A stretch of 58,655 bases of DNA, the filler included, from Bipalium vagum (Eukaryota): assembly GCA_037834085.1 (NCBI GenBank). It is 3 parts of 3 records of this genome, joined end to end, with 100 filler letters (N's around TTAATTAATTAA, not from the genome) between each part and the next. Parts side by side here need not be neighbours in the genome. Positions count along the whole stretch, not along the records: positions 35,114 to 58,655 come from JBBMKC010208042.1; 2 more parts are not named here. One strand, given 5' to 3'. A program made the position numbers and the translations under genes. This document shows, piece by piece, positions 38,101 to 51,230 of the stretch (the stretch's first letter is position 1; each line of letters opens with the position of its first letter). The notes beneath the pieces were generated by a model that did not search any database, was not told the DNA's origin, and worked only from the letters and a program-made list of their open reading frames with translations.

Positions 38101-41100
38101 TGGATTACAGTCAGCTGAGTTTAGAAGTCGCAAATCAGGAAAGAAATGACCATCAAAGTTTAATGATAGCTCAACTCCTGGGTTTAACGGGCCGTGCGTG
38201 TCCACTCCACATCTTCTAAGCGAATATCTTAGCTTACCAAAAGTATCATATTGTTCTCTGAACTACCATAATGTCAAGAAATCTCATGAATTGAAACCGA
38301 TTAGTTTTTGTCAATCATTTGGTGTACATGTGCTATAATTTTTGTTACTTTTTTTCTGTTTTGCTTTTTTTGTTATTTACAGATTCCACACCAAATTACC
38401 ATTTCATTAACTGCTTCCTGATTCTTAAAATTGTACGGAGGTAATCTCTACTTCTCAACAATGCTATTGTTGGTCATTCCGGCGCATATTGATTATATTA
38501 TTAGTTTTCTTTCCCCCTCTTCAGGCCATTTAAATTCATTTCATTTATTAAGATATCCGCATTTATTAATTATTTATTGATAAATGAAATCTATATTAAA
38601 AAATTGAATAAAAATAATTACTTGCTAAGAATTTTGCATTTTGAAAATCGCGCCATTTTTACTCGCATAACATGTATTATTAAAACTAAATGACAATTAT
38701 AAAAATAAATTTCAAAAATTGATCCTACAAGTTTCAAATGAACTTTCACACATTTCTAAATTTCTTACATGTGATGTAACATTTTTATCTAATATTAATT
38801 TCTATGATAGATTATATATCTAATATTACTAACTATACATAAATGTAAAGGTAGATGTTTAGGTTTTATATGTGGAATGATAAAATAATACGATCAATAA
38901 ACAGAACAAGGGAATCAGTTCATTTGAATTATACAGTTCAGTTTCACGGGTTCGTTTTGCCAAACGTTTTGGTAAATATATTTTACATTAAATTTTATAA
39001 TGAAACCATATTCATTTAGGCTGCTGCACAGAATCATTTTAATTGTTCCTCTATTGAGATTGTAGATTTAGAAAATTCTGGTGATTTATTAGATGGTTCT
39101 TTATTCAGTCATTTTGACGAATATTTTCTTTTCGTAAATTTTTGATGTTTATTCACAATTACTATGTAAAAAACTATATTCAAAATTATATTTTCTCATT
39201 TTATTTACAACATTGTGTGGTATCTCCCTGACCCAATGCAAACATCATGGAAAAACAACTTTGACCATATTTAATACAATGAACTGCATGTATCTATATG
39301 TACATATGTTATTTTTTTACTTATTTATTTCCCTTTTGATAATATTGGCTGCGGAATAAGTAATTGTGTATTTTAATATCGTATCCGTAAGTTTGTTTAA
39401 TTAAAATATAAGTAATTTGCAATTATTCACATTTATTAAGTTACTGATCTTTAAATATTTATTAAATTTATTCTAATAACTGAAAGATTACTAGTCTAAA
39501 AATATGGATTTCACAAAAGTGCACATTCGGCATTGTATGCCTTTCCAGATTAAACATTGTGATAGGTAATAACAATATTTTTTAATCTTATATAGTTTGA
39601 AAAGCTTTTATTAACATTTTCTAGTTTTAAGTTTCTAATTTCAAAAATTCTTTTAGAATGAGTGTATGACTTCTGTAACAAACGGTGGACTGGATACTTT
39701 ATCAAACATAACCCTATCACTGTTACAGGATACAGGGTATATTATGATATTTGCGTAATTTTATTCAATCATTAAATTTAAATAAATAAATTTTGAAGTT
39801 ATTTTAATAAATTAAATATATTATTTTTAATCTCTGAAAATAAATAATTTTACTCAATCTTTGAAAAGTTACTGATATTTGAGTAAAAGACACCAATCTT
39901 AATTAAACGGTCTTTTCAGTTTAAGATCTTATTTTTATCACATTATTATGCGATGAACCAGTGCTTCTCAAACTTTGTTTATCTACCGCTTCCTTTTTGA
40001 AAAAGAAAATTCTTATCGTCCCCTTAAAATCCTTTTTTATAAATAAACAAATTTTTATACTATAAACATAATAGACACATTGGAACTTTAAAATATTGTC
40101 ACCTTTAAGGTCGAATGTTATTGAATTTTGCATTTTAACATGAAAATAAAGAAATAAAAAAAATTATAATACATAAAAATTGAAAATAGTAGTCATTAGT
40201 GTGATAGATGCACCTGACGAGGGTTTATTATTTTACTAATATCTGGTTCCATGTTTTTCAAATATAACTCCGTTCAATTATTTGCAATCTATTCCTTTGT
40301 TTTGCTAACAAATTCAAAACTGCCTTTTAATCCCCGTTTCACTAAATATGTCGGCGGAAATGCACTTACTAACCTTTCCACGACCGACCAATATTCTGGA
40401 TACAGTTCAGGTCTTTGCTTCTACAGCCAGAAATTTTGGTAGCCACATGTTAATTTAAATTTCAGTTCTTCCTTTGTTTATATTTCTATCAACTCCTCTT
40501 GCAATATTAAAGATTCATCTTTGTCTGTATCTAAAAAAGGATTTAAAAGCCAATTCGGAATGTTAATTTTTAAAATATCTTGTTATCTTTCATTGAAATC
40601 AAAGTAAATGGCATCCAAATGGTGACAATAATTGACAATATCTTGATTAGTTGTTTCAACTTCTAATAAATGTGGAAAGTGCTTAAATGAAATAAGTGAA
40701 TGTGATGTTTTAGGAATGGTTATGATTTGATGCAAAAAATCATGAATAATGAAGGTAGCAAAAAAATGTTGCAGTATTATGGTGCAAAATCTAAGAATTG
40801 TTTACCCATACCTCTAGTAGCTTTTTACGAATTTACAATTCAATACCAACCCATCGATCTTCAAACAGTGAGATTTTTTGTGATTACCTAAACTTGGATA
40901 TCTACTTAAATAATAATCTTTATGACGTGAAACTGTAGAACTATTAAAATTATTTAATTTAATTAATTATTTAAATTAAAAATAATAGAGATAATTTAAT
41001 ATTATTAATCCTTTAAATTCTATATATACATTCTCAGCTTAAATAAATTATAAGGTTAATGATAAAAGATAATAATATCTGTTAAAGATCAGAATCTCTT

Positions 41101-44100
41101 TGAGTGAGTTAATAATTAATATGTCGTCCATGAAGAATATTTAATGACAATAGAATGCCATTTTTATTTCAGAAATGATAATATTTACTTTCAGTTATGA
41201 AATGACTTTAATTTATTTTTTATCATTACAATCTTTGTTAACACTGTAGGAGGTTGTGAGCATGTTGAAGCTGAAACTAAAACTTTTGTAACAGCCATAA
41301 ATATTTTTCTTTTATAAATGATTAAAAATTATTCTTTCATTAAAATTCAGATGGTATACAGTTGATTTCAAGAAGGCTCAGAAATTGGAATACGGATACC
41401 ACGGCGGTTGTATTCTCCCACAAGAGGGATGTTATAGGTACATGAAAAATCAAATAGCAAAGTAAGAATATTTATTTAATCAGAATCCATATTTGTTAAA
41501 ATGAATTAACATTTTGTCAATGAGCACAAGAAACAAATAATAATATTCAGATGTGAAAATTTATAAAATATTGTCTACAAGTATGATTATTTAATCAAAG
41601 ATCTGAAGGGATATTCTTTGACAAAATGTATTTCATCGATAATCTTCCTTATTTAAAATATACGAAATATTGCAGACATGCTAGACACATAACACTGTTC
41701 ATAATTATTCTCCTTTGGGTAAGAAATGGTATTGTATGATCAGTAGTTCATAAAAATTTGGAGTTAAATTTAAAGTTATGAATTTGTGAAAGTTAACTAA
41801 CTCAATCTTCTGCAACTGTCATGGTAATAAGTTTTAGCAATGATGAAAAAGATAAAATATTTTCATCAAATATTTGAGTGACTGCTGATGTTTATATGAT
41901 CGTTTTGAGGAACAAGTTGTACCATTGAAGGAAAAAAAACGTCATTTCATATTCAAACAAGATAGAGCATCAGTACATAACTCCAAAAAGGAACAAGAAT
42001 TACTTAATCTCAATGTTCCTGAATTCTAGTAAATGATGTCTGGACACCTAGTTCACCTGATGTGAATTGTTTAGAGTATTTATGAGAAACGTTAAAAAAC
42101 AATCTCATTTCAATATAGAATAGAGTTAATTCCATTTAGTCACCTTTTTGAAAAGAAAATTTTCGATATATTCAATTTTTTTAATGTCAAAATATTTGAT
42201 ATAATCAATAACATACATTTATCTTGATGTATATTTTTAATACTAATTAATCAATTAATTTTAATTATTATGATTTAAAAGTTGTTGTAATATTAATTTA
42301 TAAAGCTATTTATAAAATATTATGTTGTATAAAATAATATGAGGAAGTGATTTACAATGATTCAAAAGATGATACAACAGGAAATTTTAAACTAGTCAAA
42401 AATAAATTCTTATGCAGGAAATATAACGTTGACATGTTCATAATTTCAAAAATTAAAAAAACCAGACAATTTTGAATCCGGTGCAACAGGTATGTGTGAA
42501 ATTCCAACAACCGAATTCAGAATGAAACACTCTAACCTTCCAGAATTGAAAAGATTATTGTATAATTGGTTTTTGCAACAACAATCTATGAAAAATATCG
42601 TATCCAATGACATGGTCAAATTGAAAAAAATTGATATGCATATGTTCGCCTAATCCGAATTCCTCGGAACTATAAAAAACATTCGATATAGACGAATTGG
42701 ATTTTAAAAATGAGCAAATCCAATCATTGAATAAATTTTTATCAATAAATGACAGCATAGATGTTTGTCTGGTCTTCTTTATCGATTTTTTTCTATATCA
42801 TTTGTTAGATTCAAGATCTTAGCAGAATAAATTTCGTTTAAATCATTATTACATTGTAAATATTTTTGAATGAAATCTATTGTATTAGATTTTTTTCGAC
42901 ATAGCTTCAGGAAGATTTTTCAAGATGTGATGGAGGACTGAATAATTAAAAAGACACAGTATTCGTATCTTAACCATATCCGATGCGAAAATATCTTGTG
43001 ATGCTTCACAAGACCCTGTGGTTTCTAAATCAATATTTTCCAGAAGAAATAAATTATAATAAATAATTATTTATCATCTAAAAATCTTCGTGTTAAATAA
43101 TAGTAATATTTAAATTTCTATTTCAATTTAACAATTACTTATTAAATATTTGAAATAATAAACATCTCTGTGAATTTTGTTCTTTAGGTATTGAATTACA
43201 ACAGTTGATGAAACTAAATTTATGTTTTATAATTAATTATCACAAATGAGACAACTTTAATATTTAATTTCTGAAGCAAATGATAAATGGACAAGAAAAG
43301 TATTGTTTTCTCTATTGGTTTATAGCTTTGTTAATAAAAGCTTTCAAAACTTAATTTTCATAATACTTTTATAATAATTTTTTAATCTTGTTTAATTGAA
43401 ACATGAAACACCAAATGATTACATTACAACCACAAAACAAATATTTTAAATTATTTTTTTTTATTAATTTTTTTAATTTCCTTAAGATAATATATAAAAA
43501 CAATTATAGTTTGGATGATTTTTTAAAAAATAAGCATCTCACACCTATATTAACGATTATTAAGTTTTTATAATTTAAATTTTTAAATATTACAGTTTTT
43601 AATGATTATTAGATATTTTTAGTGAAACAATTTTAACTAAAAATATCCTAATAAATGATATTTATTTTTAAAATAATGTTTAAATAATCGGAAATACGAA
43701 ATATATTAATTTCGCTTTATTTTTATATTATTATTATTACAAATGACAACTCACGAATAATTATTATAATTATCATTGATCATATCAATATTTTTTATTA
43801 TATTAAAATAGGAAAAATAAATAAAACATTTAGAAATATAAAAAAATAAAATAACTGTCATAACAATTTGAAAGATATTTTTGGAAAAAATTTTTTTTTA
43901 TTGATCTTAAATAAATACTATGTATTTAGATTATTTAAAATGATCAATCTTAAGTAAACTACACCATAATTATAATTTAAAAGTAATGTAATTTTGAAAA
44001 GCTTCTCTTGTATTTATAATTCTTTAAGGTCAAAAACTCTGGATCCATTTTGCAACAAAGTTTCTAATAACTCAAAGAGTTTGAGTTGTTCAACATTTAA

Positions 44101-47100
44101 AAGAAATTTTTATAAGTGTGGTATTCGCAAATATGAAAACAATTCTGAGAAATACCAATACTTTAATGTCCTGCCAGGAATACCTGATGACCAAGCGCAG
44201 TATTATGCAGGAATAACGGAGTATAATGAATATTGTCCAATTCCTTATGTATGATATATTAATATTGACTATTTGCTAATTTTTAGGTGTTTCATAAGTT
44301 TAATTTCAAAATTTAATATTATTAAATTATATGAATTGTGAGGATTAAAAAGTTAAAAATAATTCAAATCAGTTTTATAATTTATTATTTAGACTAAATA
44401 ATTAATTTTTTTTCAATAATTGTTTTATTAAAAAAATATCTTGGAAATGAGTCTTGATAACTTGTTAACCGATGTAACTATATTAACAATGTAAAGTGTA
44501 ACTAGCATAAATAATATTATTAATTTTCAGTAAAAGAATCTTAAGTTAAATTTTTCTATAATTAAAAAACCTTTTTAATGTATTAGGGTGTCCCATAAGT
44601 CTTTAGACACTATTTTGAAAAAATTAAAATAAGTGAAAACAACAAATACAAGTATAATTAATATTCAAAATACAATCCGTCTTAGTCTATCGTCTTCCGC
44701 CATCTTTCACTCAATTCCAAAATTCCGTGCCGATACCATTCTGGCTCCAATAATTGTTATTTTGGATGAATTTAATTTCTGTGCAATCTCAGTAACATTC
44801 AGTGACTTTGATGGACTCATCATAACGTTCATTTAGTCAATAGAGTATTATACAAAAAAAATTCACGCTTAGATGTATATTGAGATTTTTCTTTGTTTTT
44901 ATTTCCTTAATGAGGCATATTAATGGCATACTTTTGTGAAGAATCGTTGATATTAATAATAATTATTATATAGTTGATTATAAATTACAATAATAGTTAA
45001 TGAATAAGTCCAATTAAAATGTTAACATACTTTTGACCATTTAAATCGGATTCATCAATAACAAGGAATACTTTTTGTCCAGCACATTTTTCTTTATAGA
45101 GTCTTGATTGATTTGAAATATTGATCTGACAGTTGAACGACATATCGATTCCGATGGCAACGGCATTTCAATGTCAAAAAACAATTTTTTAAGTGGATCC
45201 GCGTTCAATTTATATAGTGGTATGTCACTTTCAATGAATGCTTTAGTGACTTTATAATGCCAAGAACTTTCATCACGATTTCCAAATTCCAGAAGGGTCT
45301 GCTTGCCTGTAACAGGTATTAATATTTGTAAAGCATTCTTGTGCTTTATACTCTTTCTATGCATCCCATAATGAAATTTTTTGTCACACTTAACAAAGGC
45401 GTGGCATAACTTGCATTTGAGTTGACTATTGACTATTGAAAATTCCAAGGGATAAGTATTTGAAGCTTTGCATTTTAATAGTTCTTTCGATTTGGGCATA
45501 TCTTTCTAAAATTTAAATACGATTATATTCTTAATCTGAAAAAATAATTTAAGCAAATTTAAATAATAGTTTGTAAATTAAGTTTTGTGTGGTAAAACAA
45601 TTAAAATATCAACATTATAGTATTGTATTAAATTTTAAATTGAAAAAAATCCAACCAATTTCTTATTTTTTAGTTTATTTAAATTACTTTTGAAACAGAA
45701 ATTTAAATTTTTAGACATTTTAGACCTAAAAAATCCAATTTTTAGACTTTTTAGCCGCAAAAACATTCTTTAGACCTCCTAATTTTTTTAGACTTCTTTA
45801 GACCTATTAAACAAGCCAATTTTCAGTTATCAGTTGAATTTTAAGAATAAAAACAAATTTCACAACATTTTAGACCTTATTTAGAACTTTAGACTTTTTG
45901 CAAAAATTTCCCTAATTATAATAATATATTAACTATATTATGTAATATAAATCAATTATCAGTAAAAGTATCGAATATATCAAATTATGTTTACAAATGG
46001 AAGGTTTAAAAAACTTAAACAAAATAACTTTTTAAATATAATAAATATTTAGAAGATAAAGTCAGACCCATAAAGACATAGTTAATTTAATTATATATTT
46101 ATCATTTATATGAATGACCTCCTGAAAATATTATAGAAAGGTTTGTATACATTGAAGTTTTCTTATAATCCTTAACAATATTTCTATTTTAATAGATTGA
46201 CGATGAAAGTTTTGTATGTGAAAAAGAACAAAACAACAATATTTCAAGTAAAACCATTTTGGAATTATTTTTCATATTATTTGAGGTACACAATTAAGAC
46301 CCACATAATGTAATGCCTTCTTATTACGGACCAGATTCGATGTGCTTTGTCAATGATATGTATTTTAGATATCCAGGAATTTCATATGGTGCTTCCTGTC
46401 AAAAAGTATATTTTATATTTTTGTGTATTTTAATAAGTACTGGCAATATTAAAAATAAAAATAATTGATAAAAAAGAATAAATAATAAATTGTTATCATT
46501 TTATTATCATTTATTACTTATTATTTTTATTCTTATCACTGTGATTAGAATATCGTGAAGAAATATTTTTAAAATTATATAAAAATTAATAATATACTTC
46601 CTAAGATGTATTTATGAATTCTTAAATAACATTATACTGAATTAATACAAAATTATTATTCAAAATCTCTTCAAAGACTAAACGGTTACTTAAATGAAAT
46701 TTTATAAAATGTTTGTTTAATTAAATTATATTTAATTTTAAATTAATTAAAAAATAATATCATTGCGTAGTTCTTTATTAACCCGTTGACCACTCCAGTG
46801 AGACCGATCATTTATTTTAATTATTGTCTTAATTTTATTTTCCTTTTTTAATTTATTATTTAAACATTTAAAATTGATATTATTTATTGTGATCTGTGTG
46901 ACTTCATATTGACCAATTATTTGATTACATGAACTTGGTTTTATTTTGTAGCTGTTTCGTGAACTATTTGTAATAGTGTTTAGTGAAATAACGTTTATCG
47001 TGATTAGTTTGGATTCAATATGATTAATTGGAAATTAAGGATATTGTGGTTTTTTTTGAATTATTTAAGTGAATTTTGCGAGTGTTAGGAGCTGGGTTGG

Positions 47101-47869
47101 GAAACACTACCCCATCGGCCATATTCACCAGACCTTGGACCCACTGATTTCCATTTATTCAGATCATTGCAAAATTCACTTAATGGAAAAAACTTTATCT
47201 CCTTGGACGAGATCAAAGGTCACTTGGATAATTTTTACGATGAAAAATCTAAGAAACTCGGCAAGGATGGAATATTCACTTTTCGAGATAGATGGAAAAA
47301 GTTGTGGAACAAAATGGAACATATAAATAAATATAAACGTAAATGTATTTAAAATGTATTGCATTGTCTTACTTTTTAATTTCTAATTAAAATTCGGAAA
47401 GAACTTTCCGGACAACAGTATCATTATTGATTGTTCACGAATTAAAAAAGCAAACAAAATATATTCTTTTTATAAATTTTATTAAATTTTTCTTTATGAT
47501 ACATATAAAAATAAATAAATAAAATATTTTTCTTCAATTAATATATGTTTTAGTATTCTTCATCTAACAACCAATTGACAATAATGGTGGGATCTCTTAA
47601 ATTCAACTGTCCATCGGTTGATCTTCACAACGTTACTTTGAAAAATGGTATGAAAGTTGTTATAAGATGTCCAGATGATCTTAGATCAATAATACCAAAA
47701 GAAAATGTAAGAGTAATTTAATTATTATTAACTATTGTTTAAAGATTTATTATTATTATTATTAACTGTTTTTATTATTAAATTTCAGATGTCATCGACA
47801 ATGAATCCATCGTCTTTGCTGATTATTCTTTGGTTATTTTACACCATTAATACACAGAGGCTCACTTGA
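35114..47869 (+). CDS. LMLN: Leishmanolysin-like peptidase (invadolysin, peptidase M8), 5'-partial; exons <35114-35172, 35220-35305, 36263-36371, 36416-36576, 36622-36724, 36779-36885, 38863-38971, 39020-39133, 39657-39736, 41351-41461, 44029-44248, 46196-46247, 46299-46405, 47554-47706, 47789-47869
   Basis: All junctions are GT-AG and in phase. M8 motifs: TLAYAGSCFIESILDRPILGIVNLC, HEIIHALGF (intact HExxH), AQNHFNC..DLEN..SHF (third Zn ligand), NECMTS (Met-turn), LSNITLSLLQDTGWY, YCP, YGPDSMC. Hydrophobic C-terminal tail. The symbol denotes the family; one-to-one orthology is not established. Confidence 0.9.
37920..38480 (-). mobile_element. Decayed DD37D/maT-like transposase fragments in an LMLN intron
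   Basis: Minus-strand LSLNFDGHFFPDLRLLNSADCNPLE*LFWIVFEKISNKTVYNNK..FRSRVENIIIAE and MVIWCGI. Confidence 0.65.
39959..40700 (-). mobile_element. 3' part of a hAT-Buster (ZBED5/SCAND3-like) transposon
   Basis: Terminal CAGTGCTTCTCAAACTTT TIR; minus-strand PNWLLNPF, GYQNFWL, AFPPTYLVKRG and MEPDISKIINPRQVHLSH*. Confidence 0.8.
41760..42100 (+). mobile_element. DD37D/maT-like transposase fragment
   Basis: SATVMVISFSND..VTADVYMIVL..FIFKQDRASVHNSKKEQELL..WTPSSPDVNCLEY. Confidence 0.7.
42340..42600 (+). mobile_element. Tigger/Jerky-like N-terminal fragment
   Basis: LCRKYNV..ISKIKK and MKHSNLPELKRLLYNWFLQQ resemble the CENP-B-type HTH. Confidence 0.6.
44584..44830 (-). mobile_element. Short deleted mariner derivative
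   Basis: TA|TTAGGGTGTCCCATAAGTC TIR; minus-strand LNVTEIAQKLN fused to WYRHGILELSERWRKTID*DGLYFE. Confidence 0.6.
44990..45914 (-). mobile_element. 5' part of a CGGBP1-like hAT transposon (BED-type zinc finger ORF 45041-45499)
   Basis: LKCKLC..H..SIKH zinc finger, VTKAFIESDIPLYKL, LPSESICR; the frameshifted continuation IFLVIDESDLNGQKYVNILIG carries the first catalytic Asp; TAGGG terminus at 45914; repeated TTTTAGAC subterminal motifs at 45710-45900. Confidence 0.8.
47085..47420 (+). mobile_element. 3' mariner fragment in an LMLN intron
   Basis: ELGWETLPHRPYSPDLGPTDFHLFRSLQNSLNGKNF..GIFTFRDRW; right TIR CGGAAAGAACTTTCCGGACAAC. Confidence 0.88.
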
Positions 47870-47901
47870 AAATGGAGATTTACTTAGCCGGATTTAGTTT
47901 T

Positions 47902-47907
47902 AATAAA
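47902..47907 (+). promoter_or_regulatory. Putative polyadenylation signal of the LMLN-like gene
   Basis: AATAAA 33 nt after the stop, conserved at the equivalent position in the inverted paralogue (55768-55773, minus strand). Confidence 0.5.
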
Positions 47908-48439
47908 ATATAATTAGAAACTGAACATTTCATAAAATTTAATTCTTCATTATTCATTTCCATGGATTATTTTAACGGTTTTCATTGGGACATGTGGAGA
48001 TCCGCCAGGACAGATCTTATAACATAAGTCTGTAACTTTCATAACTCTCTTCGCTAAATGTAACCTGATATTGATATATAATAATATAATTTTGATTCTA
48101 TTTTACTCTATTTAACTGATCGATTATAATTTTATTTCAAAGTTTTCCAAGCGAAAATTCCAAATCACCGAATCATGTATGCTAATGTTTTTACAGGTAT
48201 TTGCAGAAAAGTTAAATGGAAAACTAATGAAAATTAGATTAACAATAAAAAAAATACAGTTAACATTTTCAAAGAATTTTTTTGGTGCGAACTTGTTTGA
48301 TTTTCAATGACAAAATCATTTTATTCCAACTCAATAAGTAAACTACAAAAACATTTTTCTCGTTTGTTCTTAGAAAAATTAAATGTAAAAAACTGAATTG
48401 ATATGAAAATGTATTACTGAGTTTTTTTCAAAAAGAAAT

Positions 48440-49340
48440 CCAGGGTCTATGATTGGAAAAAAACAGTATTAATGTGTTTAACATTTCCTCATAAGGTCTT
48501 CCAAATGTCTAGCCCAATCAGAAAACATGTTCTCAATAGGATTGAGAAACGCGTAATACGGAGGAAAAAGTTGAAGAATAACCCCGTTTTCCTTTATCAA
48601 TTCTCTAACCACTTAACATTTATGGAATGGAACATTATCCATAATAATTATTGATTTGCCGGTTTCTCAGTTTTAATATATTCCTTTAGGGAGGAAATGA
48701 AAGCAGTGAAGGTATTTGAATTGTAAGTGGTTGTCTGTGCATTACATTTAGTAATGCCAGGTTTTTTAATGGCCCAGCAAACTGATATATTTCTGGATCT
48801 TAATCGAGAAACATTTTGAACTGCATTTGTACCTCTGTTAGATCGTCTTGTTTACATCCCTTAGACACATTAAAACCGACTTGATCGATAAAATATAAGC
48901 GGCTCTCATCAATAATTGATAATAAATTATAGAAATTATTGACATATTTTCGCGGTCATCTAAAGATTTCGAATCATTTTTCCTTGTAGGTATAAAGGTC
49001 GTTCTTTTCATCGTGTAGTGGAATGATTTAATATATCTGTAAATTGTTAAACATTGAAATCATTCTACAATTTTTTGTTAATGTTATCCAAAGTTATTGA
49101 ACAGTTTGGATCTATGTATTTATGTATCGAATCAACATGATTATTCTCAATTATTCTTTTTCTTGAATGCCCTTTTAAATTTCTAGTGATTCTCTTTTCA
49201 GAAATATCTAATCGTCTATTTAAAATGTTATAATATACATGTAAAAGTAAAAGTAAGAGAATGGATAAAAAATCTACCATTATAATTGAATAGATCGAAG
49301 ATATATCGGCGCTCATTATTTTTTGAATACCCATTATCAT
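48440..49340 (-). mobile_element. Decayed IS630/Tc1-like (DDE_3) transposase
   Basis: Minus-strand IHKYIDPNCSITL, KRTTFIPTRKND, LYFIDQVGFNVS, RSRNISVCWAI and LFPPYYAFLNPIENMFSDW, with stops and frameshifts. Confidence 0.78.
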
Positions 49341-49979
49341 AGGCCTCTATGATTCTTCTTCGCATTTGTTTATCATTTTTGTATTTTAAATTTGTATTTG
49401 TATTAATATAAACAAATATATTTTTATATCAAATATAAAAAATTTGAAAAATTTTTTTTGAATGTTAGATATTTAAAACGTGAGGTTAAAGCTGTATAAT
49501 AATCAACAATATTTTAGTTGTTTTATTTACATTTTCTTTCATATTGTTTAGTTAAATTATTTTTTACGTGTAATGACAAATACATCAAGCGTGTAGTCGG
49601 CATAGTGTAGCCTTAGTGCTGTTAAGTTTTAAAAACCTAAAAAGATAATTTATTATTAAAATTGAAAATGAATATTAATATTTAATCGGGTTAAGAATAT
49701 CGATAGTGGACTTTTTAGGAACTTAACATAAAATATATGCAAATTCAGAAGGATTTAGTGCGCGTACGTTCGAAGTAAAAATTTGAGTGACAGTGAACTC
49801 TTCAAATTTATTAACAGATACTGATTTCAAATCCTTTTAAACTTTTAATCGAAAAACGAAGAACTTTTAAAACGATAAACTTTCAGTCGATTAACTAAGA
49901 TAACAAGTTTCTTTTTATAAAATATATTTTTATATAAATCTAACAACTTTATATAAATCCAGAGAAATAAGAAAATCAG

Positions 49980-50640
49980 TGGGCAATGTGAGGTCAACTA
50001 AATGGTGTTGGTTATTGTTAATGATTTTGTTGTTAGTATGTGGATTAGAATGTGGAAAAGAGAAATAGGACAGCTATTGCTTCATTTATATATCATTGCG
50101 AGAAATTATGCATTGTGAAAAAAGCGTGTCATTATGAAGAATACGATGAAATAACAGAGGAACAAGAGGATAAGAGGGAATCGGAGTTTAAACCGAAAAT
50201 AAGTAGAAAAACTAATACAACTACAAATAATACTACTAATATTGAATCACAGACCTAAAATACATGCTTTTCTTCGAATGACATGGGATTATTAAAGAAG
50301 AATAGAAGAATAGTAAATGATATTGATGTCGTTGCTAAATGCTTAGTATTCCCTGAGAATAATTTCATTGTCCAACAAGACATGGTACCTCCACATAGAG
50401 CTTTGAGCCCGTATAAGAACTTTTAATCTGCAATAGTCACTACTTTTTAATATCTTTAATATTGTAATCGAATTGGTGTAAGTCGACCAGTTTTCTAAAA
50501 TAAAACTTCTTTTATTGACATTTAAATGCCCTTATAATACCAACATTCAGGGATTGTAGAGCGGTAGTTGTGTTTTTGGCAGAGATAAAAGATTCTCATC
50601 AGATAGTTGACAATTTTTGTGACAAGGTGCATTATATAAA
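49980..50640 (+). mobile_element. Highly degenerate Ty3/Gypsy LTR-retrotransposon remnants (gag knuckle and integrase)
   Basis: YHCEKLCIVKKAC resembles a zinc knuckle; DIDVVAKCLVFPEN, VDQFSK and PYNTNIQG resemble integrase motifs. Confidence 0.4.
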
Positions 50641-50689
50641 AAATAGAATATTTCTATTTTGAAATTTCTTATTATCATTAAATTTATTA

Positions 50690-51130
50690 ATCCAATCAAA
50701 AGATTTCAGGCTGTTCATCCCGACTTTGCAATTTGCTTTGTAAGAAACAAACATTAATACGATAATGCCGCTGAAACATTTTTCCATATGACCAATAATT
50801 TCCTTTTGTCAATACCATCATAATTACAGCAAAACACAACAGTTAGTCTGCGTTTATCAATTTTTACACCTTTAACATTTTTAAATAAGGTTTTAGACGG
50901 TAGTCGATTTTTACACCAGAGCAGATTCGTTCATATTATAGACATCGGATAGTTAATAATTTTTTATAACATTTGACATTTCATTTTTCCCACACTCAAT
51001 TAAATTTAAATTTAGGTTACAACTTTCTCCAGATTTTTCATTTTGTCCTTTAAAAAGAGGTATTGGTTATGACGAGGTTTAAGTGGACCAGTATTATCCT
51101 TGATTTTACCAAATCATTCCATCGTAAAAG
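50690..51130 (-). mobile_element. Tigger/pogo DDE_1 transposase fragment
   Basis: Minus-strand RLPSKTL..VKGVKIDKRRLTVVFCCNYDGIDKRKLLVIWK. Confidence 0.78.
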
Positions 51131-51230
51131 TAAAATTGAAACCAGTTAATTAAAAAAATCAAAACTGTAATCAAATAATTCTTGTGAATGTTTAAATTCT
51201 CTTTATTCCCTTAAAGCTCTATTTTAAGTA

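Noticed and set aside
46777-46810. piggyBac element starting TTAA|CCCGTTGACCAC
   Set aside because: Only one end is visible, with no matching right TIR or transposase, so it is not called as a feature.
3408-47869. Functional cluster of a dead metalloprotease (CLCA), a receptor (UNC-5) and an active metalloprotease (LMLN)
   Set aside because: The three genes lie on different contigs joined by artificial linkers.
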